Origin: Thermodesulfovibrionales bacterium
GTDB taxonomy: Bacteria > Nitrospirota > Thermodesulfovibrionia > Thermodesulfovibrionales > SM23-35
Reading direction: 5' to 3'
DNA: 52,111 nucleotides
Assembly: GCA_022865525.1 (NCBI GenBank)
Contig: JALHSV010000264.1
Coordinates: 1-52,111, forward strand
The notes under the pieces are model-generated. The model searched no databases. It was not told where the DNA came from and saw only the letters and a list, made by a program, of their open reading frames with translations. The stretch's first letter is position 1; every line of letters begins with the position of its first letter. Both the position numbers and the translations under genes were made by a program. Of the stretch, positions 40,507 through 48,631 are shown in pieces.

Positions 40507-41852
40507 AGAAAATACTCATCCTGACAGCATCACCCCGCAGAGATTTACTCATTGACGAGCAGATAGCCAAGAAACTCAAAGAGCTGGGTAACGAGACCAA
40601 GATAGCCCCCTGCCTTCGAGAGGGCAGGGATACGGTATTGGAGTACCAGCCTGACGTCGTGGTAGTTCCTCCTGTACGCAATATGTATTCGAGGGACTTC
40701 TGTGAGGACATCAAGCGATTCGGTTGCGGTTTGGTTTCAAGGCATACCGAGCCGTCCTGCGACTGGCCCGACTATAAAGCGATGAACCAGAAGCAGCAGA
40801 GTGAAATATGCGGTCTTATCCAATACTACGTCGATAGTGAACTGGTCTGGTCTGAAGATGAGGCACAAATACTGAATCGCCGAGGTGCAAAGTTCAAAGC
40901 TGTTAGTGTGGGGGCCGTCGGCGTAGATAAGTACCTTAACCCGGAATATAAGAAAAGGTATAAGGACAAGGCTAAATTCAAGAAAAAGTACAAGTTCACT
41001 AATAATAAGACCATTCTTATCCAGTCGCCGTGGGGGTTTGCAGACCATTCACCCGACCTGCGAATAGAGGAGGTTGACGAGTTCGTTAAGGACAACAAAG
41101 GCCGGGACAGGCACTTGGATATGATAGAGGCACTGCACAAGGAATTGCCGGATTATAATATCATCGTAACTACCCATCCGGGCGTAGTTACGAAGCCCTA
41201 CATTCAAAGACTCGGCAAGTTGGGGATACCGCTGGATACGGTATCGACCTCGCTTGAGTTAATGCTGAACTCTGATATTCTTATCCACGCCGGTTCGACA
41301 ATGGCTATCGGGGCGCACTTCCTGAAGATGCCCGCTTTCCAGTTCGGGGACGTTAATCTGAAGGATTCTACGAACTGGTGGCACCAATCGGGCAAGATAA
41401 TGGCAGAGATGTCGTTGAACTGCAAGAACCCAGAGATGCTGGCAAAGCTTATAAAAAAGGCAGAACCGAAGTCCAATATCAATAAGGAAGCCCTGGAGAA
41501 GCTCAGGGAAGGCCGTTACGGAATAATGGACGGTAAGGCCACCGACCGTGCGGCGGAGATAATCAATAAAATCGAAGGCAAGTTCAAGTTCGCCTGGCCG
41601 AGGTCAACTCACGACTATTCTCAGTTAACTATATTACAACACCCATCCAAGGCAATAGCAGATGCTAATTGTGGTATCTGTAAAGAGGCGTTCGGTATAA
41701 TGCGCCCCGAATATAAGGAAATGATTCGAGTAAACGTAGCAAACGTAGTTAAGGAAGCAGAGTTAGTAAATAAGATAATGCTGATATTTGAGCCGGTACG
41801 AGGCACTTACTGCCCGCACTGCGGTTCAAGATTTATGCCGGTAATGCCATGA
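40503..41852 (+). CDS. GT-B-like glycosyltransferase/hydrolase (PseG- or CMP-sugar-transferase-like) with C-terminal zinc ribbon
   Basis: 449 aa. Rossmann-like MKKILILTASP.., IIVTTHPG, and SDILIHAGSTMAIGAHFLKMPAF resembling the GT28/MurG-PseG C-terminal motif. CGICK...CPHCGSRF at the C-terminus. Confidence 0.5.
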   Translation: MKKILILTASPRRDLLIDEQIAKKLKELGNETKIAPCLREGRDTVLEYQPDVVVVPPVRNMYSRDFCEDIKRFGCGLVSRHTEPSCDWPDYKAMNQKQQSEICGLIQYYVDSELVWSEDEAQILNRRGAKFKAVSVGAVGVDKYLNPEYKKRYKDKAKFKKKYKFTNNKTILIQSPWGFADHSPDLRIEEVDEFVKDNKGRDRHLDMIEALHKELPDYNIIVTTHPGVVTKPYIQRLGKLGIPLDTVSTSLELMLNSDILIHAGSTMAIGAHFLKMPAFQFGDVNLKDSTNWWHQSGKIMAEMSLNCKNPEMLAKLIKKAEPKSNINKEALEKLREGRYGIMDGKATDRAAEIINKIEGKFKFAWPRSTHDYSQLTILQHPSKAIADANCGICKEAFGIMRPEYKEMIRVNVANVVKEAELVNKIMLIFEPVRGTYCPHCGSRFMPVMP

Positions 41853-42508
41853 TTTCAGCGATAATTCAAGCAAGGTTAGGTAGTACGAGACTGCCCCGCA
41901 AGGTACTCTTAGAGATACCCAAAGGCAGTGGCGCTACCTGTCTGGACAGAGTTATCGAAGCGGTCAAGAAGAGTATGATAGACCGTATCTCGCTTACCAC
42001 ACCCGATAAGGAACTCTTCGAAATGTTATGGGGAAGGTGGCCCTTAAGGGTGCATCATTACGCCGGTAAAGAGAGGAACGTAATTGCCGAGTTCTTCAGT
42101 ATAGCGATAGAAGGTGATACTATAGTCAGGATAACCGCCGACTGCCCGATGCTGGACTCCGACCAGATAGATAAGTGCATAGACGAGTTTTTAGACGGCG
42201 ATTACGATTTAGTTTACAATACGGACGAGTCTATTACAATGGACGGCGACGGTACCGACGTTGAGGTATTTTCGTACAAGGCCCTGAGAGAGGTTTACTT
42301 GAATGCGACGGGAAACGAGAAAGAGCATGTGACTTTATGGATGAGAAGGAACTTGAAATGTAAATATGTACCTGTGACCTTTAACGGTTGCAGTTTGAAC
42401 AATATCGAAGATTACGAGCGTATTTGCAAGCTCTGGACTGAGAAGGAAGAAAGCGATAAAATATGTCAGTCCACCCAGACGGCTCCGGCACAGGCTGGAC
42501 AAATGTAG
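41849..42508 (+). CDS. acylneuraminate/SpsF-type cytidylyltransferase (CMP-nonulosonate synthetase-like)
   Basis: MISAIIQARLGSTRLPRKVL and RITADCPMLD match CTP_transf_3. Confidence 0.8.
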   Translation: MISAIIQARLGSTRLPRKVLLEIPKGSGATCLDRVIEAVKKSMIDRISLTTPDKELFEMLWGRWPLRVHHYAGKERNVIAEFFSIAIEGDTIVRITADCPMLDSDQIDKCIDEFLDGDYDLVYNTDESITMDGDGTDVEVFSYKALREVYLNATGNEKEHVTLWMRRNLKCKYVPVTFNGCSLNNIEDYERICKLWTEKEESDKICQSTQTAPAQAGQM

Positions 42509-43386
42509 AGGCGGTAGATGTTAATCAGCCGCACGGCAAGGATTACTTATACTGTCAGCACATAGCAAAGGGCGTTCGCAAGCGGATGAACGCCGAACAC
42601 GCGGCATTCGCAGACGCTACGGTAGGAGGGATTCACGTTCCCGGCGGTTGTGCGGTTCTCGGCATCGAGGACGGTACGGCCACTGTCATAGCGGACGGCA
42701 CTCTCGTAGGTCATGGTATCGTATGGGACAATACCGAAGCGTTATGGTGTTGTACCAAAGCCGCTGGCGCTTCGACTACAGGCGACTGGACAATCCTCCA
42801 GATGAATCCCAATACCCAATGGAAGGGCGGCGATGTAACGTGGGCGGGCAATCACCAGTTCGATTCGAGTGTGGACTTCTCAGATGTAGATATAACAGGA
42901 AGTCTATTAGTCGATAGCTCTGCCGACTTCTCTCACGCCTTCTTTGATGGCACAGTAATAGCCACTAATCTTGAAGTTACGGGGGCTGCAATCTTTGATG
43001 GAACCTCCAATTTTTATGATGAAATAGATTTTTCTTCTTTTAATGTTTCTGGATTAGCGGGTATATACGGCAGTTTCAAAACGCAAGATAGTGATGCCGC
43101 AGCTTTAGTTGGTGATGTTACTTATAAAGCATCATCTGATGGATTACTTATAATGTGTACTTCGGGTTCAACAAATAATAAATGGAAATTCAAACAAGCG
43201 TCGGCGGCAAATGTCGTGACAGTTATGGGACAAGGTTATTATGCGGCGGCCGGTACTATAAGAGTAGAAGTAGCAACTTTTCCTATTAAGAAAGATTATT
43301 ATTGGTGCATAAGTTTAGAAGCCGCTACTTTATCTACTTGTTATTGGATTCCTTTTGGTGATGGTTCTTGTGATAAGAATATATAA
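42463..43386 (+). CDS. tail fibre/spike-like structural protein
   Basis: 307 aa, Gly/Thr/Asp-rich with beta-rich composition. Its start lies 46 nt inside the cytidylyltransferase gene and it directly precedes the nozzle-like gene. Confidence 0.4.
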   Translation: MSVHPDGSGTGWTNVEAVDVNQPHGKDYLYCQHIAKGVRKRMNAEHAAFADATVGGIHVPGGCAVLGIEDGTATVIADGTLVGHGIVWDNTEALWCCTKAAGASTTGDWTILQMNPNTQWKGGDVTWAGNHQFDSSVDFSDVDITGSLLVDSSADFSHAFFDGTVIATNLEVTGAAIFDGTSNFYDEIDFSSFNVSGLAGIYGSFKTQDSDAAALVGDVTYKASSDGLLIMCTSGSTNNKWKFKQASAANVVTVMGQGYYAAAGTIRVEVATFPIKKDYYWCISLEAATLSTCYWIPFGDGSCDKNI

Positions 43387-45437
43387 TGGCAGATATACAA
43401 ATAATTAGCCCCGATATGGGATTAAATTCGCTTGTTCCGGCCAATGCCTTGAGTCCTAAAGAGGCGGCTAAGGGCAGCGAGAACTTCACTTACGATTACG
43501 GCCTTCTTTCGACTCCGCAGGGATTTGCTAAATTGGACTTAGCGGCTGCTCTTAACTCCGGCGATACTGTTCTGTCGGTCTTTCAGTGGACGGAATTTGA
43601 TGGTGAGACCCATTTAACGGCTGTTACTACCAAGAAGATATATGAAAACGACAGGGTAAATGCAATGTGGTCTGATAAAACTCAAAGCGGCGTTACAATG
43701 TCTTCTGATATTGTTAATCCCGTATCTTGGGCGGAAGTAGGCCATAACGATACGGCCATTTATATAGACGACGACGCTACTAAGGTGAAGGCATACCATC
43801 ATCTTATAGTCTGTGACGGCGGTCTGTCGAATATCCAGAGATGGGCCGGCAAGTGGGAAGTTGACTTCGCAGACCTCGTAGGGGCGGGCGGTTATCACGA
43901 CGGTACTCAGCACAGGGCGTTACAGGTAAGTCTATCGAAACAGAACCGCCTAATCCTTCTGAGTGCAAAGGAATACTCTACCGCTACTAAGTCATGGATA
44001 GAAAACAACCAAAGGGTTAGATGGCCGACGATAGCCAAAATAGAGACTTGGACGGGTACGGGTTCCGGATTCGCTGACCTGCTCGATACGGGCGGGTTAA
44101 ACGTATGGTCGGCCCCTCTTGGCTCTGACCACATTATATACCAGACCCGCGGAATCTGGTCATTAAATTATGTAGGCGGTACGACCGTGTTCAGTCCCGT
44201 ACCTGTCATTCCCGACCTTGGCCTTTTATCGTATCATCTGCTCACAAGTTATAATAACGTCCACTATTTCTTAGGGACGGACTACAACATTCACGCCTAT
44301 TACGGCGGTTCGGTCAAGGAGACTATCGGCGATAAGATACACAAGTATTTACAGGACGACCTTGACCCTCAGTATAAGTATAAATGCTGGATGCAAATGG
44401 GGCCGAACGGTAAGTTCTTATGGGTATTAATCGTTCCGCAAGGTGCTACGGCCATAACAAAAGCCTATCGTATGAATATACAGACTAAGGCATGGATGGT
44501 CAGGGACTACTCGTCCAAATACACTTCGGGCGGAATAACGGCGGTAACTTTGGCGGGTGCAACTTCGTATATTATAGGCGATACTTATGCTACCGCCCTG
44601 AATACAACCAGTGCTTACGACGTTTCTAATGCCGGTGATATTACTGTAAGATACGGAGACTACCTCATCGATACGAGCAGGACATTAACGAAAGACTATT
44701 CTTCCGGCGTTTGGAGTGCCGGGGGCGTTGACTACTCGTTGGCGGCGGAGGCGTTTACAGCGGACTTTACGAACAATGATATTCTAATGGTAATTGACGG
44801 CTCTAACGGTACTAATACCAGATACGGAACTCATTACTATACGGCCTATGACGTTTCCGCCAACGGGTTCTCGATTCACTGGACGGAAGATAAAACGACT
44901 AACCAATGGCACGGTGTTGCGGACACTTCCATTAGCGTTCCCGCCGATATGTCTATCGGTGGTACGGACTTTCTGCGTGCCTATTCGGCATGCTCATCCG
45001 ACCTTCCCGGCGCTACTTATAACCAGAGCCTTGAGAACGTGCAGGTAAGCGATAGAATGATAATTGCCGACGCCGCAGGCTTTGTTTATAAGGTTGACGC
45101 TACTTATAGCGACGATGACGGCAATGCTATCGTTCAGAGGCACTTAACGCCGGTGATAGACGCTGGTACTCCGGGCCAGAATAAGAGATGGCCGGGTGCG
45201 GAACTGACGGCCAAGGGTACGGCACTGACCGTTTCGTACAGGACGGCCAGCTTCGATACCTCCGATACCGGCTGGACGGATTACACCCAAGCCCTAACAA
45301 GTGAATATATAAACTATGATTTCTTTATAAACGATACGTCTAAGAAGATTCAGTGGATGATAAGTGATTTTTCAGGTGCGGGTATGCAGATAAGTGATTT
45401 CGTACTTAAAGAGCCTTTAATGCTGGAGAGCAGATGA
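43386..45437 (+). CDS. tail tubular protein B / nozzle-like protein
   Basis: 683 aa. The N-terminus ...SPDMGLNSLVPANALSPKEAAKGSENFTYDYGLLSTPQGF resembles the T7 gp12-type start. Also assigned by position. Confidence 0.45.
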   Translation: MADIQIISPDMGLNSLVPANALSPKEAAKGSENFTYDYGLLSTPQGFAKLDLAAALNSGDTVLSVFQWTEFDGETHLTAVTTKKIYENDRVNAMWSDKTQSGVTMSSDIVNPVSWAEVGHNDTAIYIDDDATKVKAYHHLIVCDGGLSNIQRWAGKWEVDFADLVGAGGYHDGTQHRALQVSLSKQNRLILLSAKEYSTATKSWIENNQRVRWPTIAKIETWTGTGSGFADLLDTGGLNVWSAPLGSDHIIYQTRGIWSLNYVGGTTVFSPVPVIPDLGLLSYHLLTSYNNVHYFLGTDYNIHAYYGGSVKETIGDKIHKYLQDDLDPQYKYKCWMQMGPNGKFLWVLIVPQGATAITKAYRMNIQTKAWMVRDYSSKYTSGGITAVTLAGATSYIIGDTYATALNTTSAYDVSNAGDITVRYGDYLIDTSRTLTKDYSSGVWSAGGVDYSLAAEAFTADFTNNDILMVIDGSNGTNTRYGTHYYTAYDVSANGFSIHWTEDKTTNQWHGVADTSISVPADMSIGGTDFLRAYSACSSDLPGATYNQSLENVQVSDRMIIADAAGFVYKVDATYSDDDGNAIVQRHLTPVIDAGTPGQNKRWPGAELTAKGTALTVSYRTASFDTSDTGWTDYTQALTSEYINYDFFINDTSKKIQWMISDFSGAGMQISDFVLKEPLMLESR

Positions 45438-45829
45438 GTTTAATAACCCAACAGATACCATCTATGCCAAAAGGTCTTCGGCCTGAAGACATCGAGCGGA
45501 TACTTCGTTCCATGCACGAAGATATAAAGCAACTAACTTTCGGTGTAAAGGGCGTTATTGTTAATACGAAGGATATTTCTTCGGCTTATACGGTATCCGA
45601 AAGCGATGATATTCTTATGTGCTGGGGCGATACTACCATATCTCTCGGATTAGCAAGTGATATTACAGGAAAGATGTATTGGATTAAAGATATAAGCACG
45701 TCTCAGGTTACTATAGATGCGAGCGTTCAGGTAGATGATGTTACAAGAGTTAATATCGATGCTTCTCAGTCTTTGTGTATTGTCAGTAACGGCAGTGAAT
45801 GGCGTATTGTTTCCGGGTACCAGATATGA
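45434..45829 (+). CDS. hypothetical tail-module protein (131 aa)
   Basis: ATGA coupling. Confidence 0.55.
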   Translation: MSLITQQIPSMPKGLRPEDIERILRSMHEDIKQLTFGVKGVIVNTKDISSAYTVSESDDILMCWGDTTISLGLASDITGKMYWIKDISTSQVTIDASVQVDDVTRVNIDASQSLCIVSNGSEWRIVSGYQI

Positions 45830-46071
45830 AAGTGGAAGTCCTTAATAAAATTAAGAAGTCGGGTGATAAGTGGGAATACCTGGGCCGCTTTCAGTTCAAG
45901 CAGCAGTGGATTCCCGTAACGGGCAAGATAAGCGATATGAAGACCGAATCACAGATAAAGAAGGCCATCTTAAAGAGGATAAAATCTCAGGCCGATACTT
46001 TTAAGGCGGAGTCGGAGATACCGCAGGAAAAGACTTTATCGCCGGACGCTGTATTTAAGGATATATTATGA
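45826..46071 (+). CDS. hypothetical protein (81 aa)
   Basis: The ATGA-coupled ATG at 45826 is preferred over track start 45799. Confidence 0.5.
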   Translation: MKVEVLNKIKKSGDKWEYLGRFQFKQQWIPVTGKISDMKTESQIKKAILKRIKSQADTFKAESEIPQEKTLSPDAVFKDIL

Positions 46072-46466
46072 GGTTCTTGAAAGCAGATAATCCCAATGTG
46101 GCTATGAGCCTGGTACCGTGGTTCGTACCGACCAATCAGAATCCAATCCGGATGGGATGGGAACTGCACGAAAGGCTGGCAAATAAACCCGAAGATACGT
46201 TCTGCCTGATAGCTTTGAAGGGACGTATTATACAGGCCATCCTCATAGCGTATAAGAGGAAGAGGGACGTCTGGTTATGGCAGGCTCACGGGCGCAAGGA
46301 TTTTGGATATTCAAAACTCTGCTTTGAGGGATTAAAGCACTGGGCGAGGTTTGTAGGTAGAAGTAAATTGAGAATGGGAACAGATAAAAGATATAGAGCA
46401 TACCAGCGAAAATGGGGTTTTAAGAAGTGTCGCTGGAACATCAATACGATGGAGATATTATTATGA
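46068..46466 (+). CDS. GNAT-fold-like small protein (weak)
   Basis: 132 aa. ..AHGRKDFGYSKLCFEGLKHWARFVG...YRAYQRKWGFKK resembles the GNAT beta4-alpha3 and C-terminal Y..GF motifs. Confidence 0.35.
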   Translation: MRFLKADNPNVAMSLVPWFVPTNQNPIRMGWELHERLANKPEDTFCLIALKGRIIQAILIAYKRKRDVWLWQAHGRKDFGYSKLCFEGLKHWARFVGRSKLRMGTDKRYRAYQRKWGFKKCRWNINTMEILL

Positions 46467-47287
46467 GTGCAAGCGGCGGTCAAACCGAATCAAAAGAGTC
46501 TTCAGTAGCAAAAACTCCTGAACAAACAAAATGGCTGACTCAGGCCCTTGATATTTACGGTCCAACTCTCGGTAAGGGTCAGCAGTCGTTTCCTGGCGAC
46601 CGGGTAGCGCCCTTAACGGAGACCCAGACACAGGCGACTGACGTTCAGGGCTTTCTGGACAAGTTTTCTCCCTACAGGGATATGCCCATGTTCGGGGAGA
46701 CGGGTCAGGCGTTGGGGGGGTTACTGTCCGGAACCACAGGTGCTTCGCCGATAACACCCGGTCAGGCGGATGAGTATTTTACGAAGACGGTTGCTCAACC
46801 AGCGGGCGCTCAGTGGGAAAAATTTACTAAGCCCGGCATTCAGGAAGAGTTTGCAGGTCCGGGCTACTGGGGCGGAGCAAGGGCTAATGCCGTTACTCAG
46901 GCCGGTACGGAGTTATCCAACTGGCTCGGAACGGAAAGGGCGAACCTTAACTGGGACGTTCTTCAGGCCAATCAGGGTATCGAAGAGGCCAAGGCGGGCC
47001 GTGCGTTATCTGCAATAGGTCCGGGTATGCAATACGCCCAGTTACCTACTCAGGAGGCACAGCAGAAACTACAGGGCCGTCAGGACATATTCAATCTTGC
47101 CTCTGCCCCGCAGCAGCAGCAGCAGGCCGAAATCAATGCGGCAATGCAGGCATTTGCCGAGGCCAACGCAATTACAGACCCATCAGACCTTCAAACATTA
47201 ATGACACTACTCGGCCTTAACTTCAGTACGGCGTCAGGCAGCAGCAGCGGCTGGAACGCCGGTATAGGCTTACCATCGACAGCATAG
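46463..47287 (+). CDS. internal virion (ejection) protein-like, Gln/Gly-rich
   Basis: 274 aa from the ATGA-coupled ATG at 46463. Contains a QQQQQ tract. Position is equivalent to T7 gp14. Confidence 0.4.
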   Translation: MSASGGQTESKESSVAKTPEQTKWLTQALDIYGPTLGKGQQSFPGDRVAPLTETQTQATDVQGFLDKFSPYRDMPMFGETGQALGGLLSGTTGASPITPGQADEYFTKTVAQPAGAQWEKFTKPGIQEEFAGPGYWGGARANAVTQAGTELSNWLGTERANLNWDVLQANQGIEEAKAGRALSAIGPGMQYAQLPTQEAQQKLQGRQDIFNLASAPQQQQQAEINAAMQAFAEANAITDPSDLQTLMTLLGLNFSTASGSSSGWNAGIGLPSTA

Positions 47288-47296
47288 GAGTAAATT

Positions 47297-48631
47297 ATGG
47301 CGAAAAAGAAAAACTTATTCGATTATTTTGGTGATGTAATTAAGGCTCCTATCCGACTTGCCGGTGATATATCCAATGAATACTACTACGGCGGTACCGA
47401 GGAAAAGAACCGAAGGCGTGGCATTGAAGAGCGAATGGCCGAACGGACGATGTCTTTGAAAGAACAACAGTATGGACTCGAACAGGGTCAGTTTGGTCTG
47501 GAGGGAATGAAAGCCGATGAGGTCCAGAGACAGAATCGTGCATCCAATATTGTTAAGGCCTTAGAAGATACTACACCACCGGAATTCGGAGGGAGGCCGG
47601 TAGAAGAAAATTACAAGTTACGTCAGGAATTAAATGGTATCATCAAGGCGCAAAGACAATATCAAGAGCAACAGTCAAAACAGATGACCGGCGGTTGGTC
47701 TGGTGCTATGGCTCCTCAACAGGGTTCTGTAGGAACCGGTGGGGCATTAAGTAATATGGCAGAACCCTTACCGGAAGGTACGGAAGAGCGAAGACAAATA
47801 CTCCGGGAACCGGACAGGGAACTTTCCGAACTGGAAACGAAGAGACTTGGATTGCGAACTTCCGGGGCCGATTTCAGCAAGGGGTATAAACAGTTTCAAT
47901 ACGAATCAACGGCAGGCAAAGACCGTTGGGGCGTTGTCGAAAAGAAGAGTGCGGACGGGAATGTAATCCAAAAGCCATACCAATACGGTACACCTATCGA
48001 ACCGGGTTTCAATATAGTCAAGGAAGCGGCGTCCCAATTTACTGTTAATACCGGAGATATGGGACAAACCACAAAAAACAAGGTAGAAGAAGAGTTCAAG
48101 GAGGGTGCAAAGTCTATTGGGGAGATGAAGAATGTCCTAAAGAGTTACAGGCCGGAATTTTCCCAATGGCAATTCAGAGGTAAAGACTGGCTTGGCGATG
48201 TGGCGGAGAAGGCGGGCATGAAACGGCCCGACCAGGAAACGGCACTTAGAACTTCCAAAGAACAATCGGCGGCCTATACGCAATGGTATCAACCTGCTGA
48301 AGCGTCCTTCTTATCATTCAGGAAGTGGGCTACGGGTGTTGCGGGCGGCGAAAAGGAAATGACTCAGATGCGGCAGGCATTTCCAGAACCGAGAGATATG
48401 TCACCGACGGATTTCGTTGCGGCTATGGAAAAAGCAATACAGTACAAAGAGATGTATCAGGATATTCTAAGAGGGTATTTAGAGTCAGGTACGCTTATCG
48501 ATAAGAATGTCCAGAGCGAGATAGCGATGAAGGTGCTTACTGAGATAGAAGGAAAGAAACAAAAGGCACCAGCCAAGAGCGTCAAGGATATGTCTTTGGA
48601 AGAACTTACGCGAATAGCAGAGGGTAAATAA
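47297..48631 (+). CDS. internal virion (ejection) protein-like
   Basis: 444 aa, charged and coiled-coil rich. Position is equivalent to T7 gp15. Confidence 0.4.
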   Translation: MAKKKNLFDYFGDVIKAPIRLAGDISNEYYYGGTEEKNRRRGIEERMAERTMSLKEQQYGLEQGQFGLEGMKADEVQRQNRASNIVKALEDTTPPEFGGRPVEENYKLRQELNGIIKAQRQYQEQQSKQMTGGWSGAMAPQQGSVGTGGALSNMAEPLPEGTEERRQILREPDRELSELETKRLGLRTSGADFSKGYKQFQYESTAGKDRWGVVEKKSADGNVIQKPYQYGTPIEPGFNIVKEAASQFTVNTGDMGQTTKNKVEEEFKEGAKSIGEMKNVLKSYRPEFSQWQFRGKDWLGDVAEKAGMKRPDQETALRTSKEQSAAYTQWYQPAEASFLSFRKWATGVAGGEKEMTQMRQAFPEPRDMSPTDFVAAMEKAIQYKEMYQDILRGYLESGTLIDKNVQSEIAMKVLTEIEGKKQKAPAKSVKDMSLEELTRIAEGK

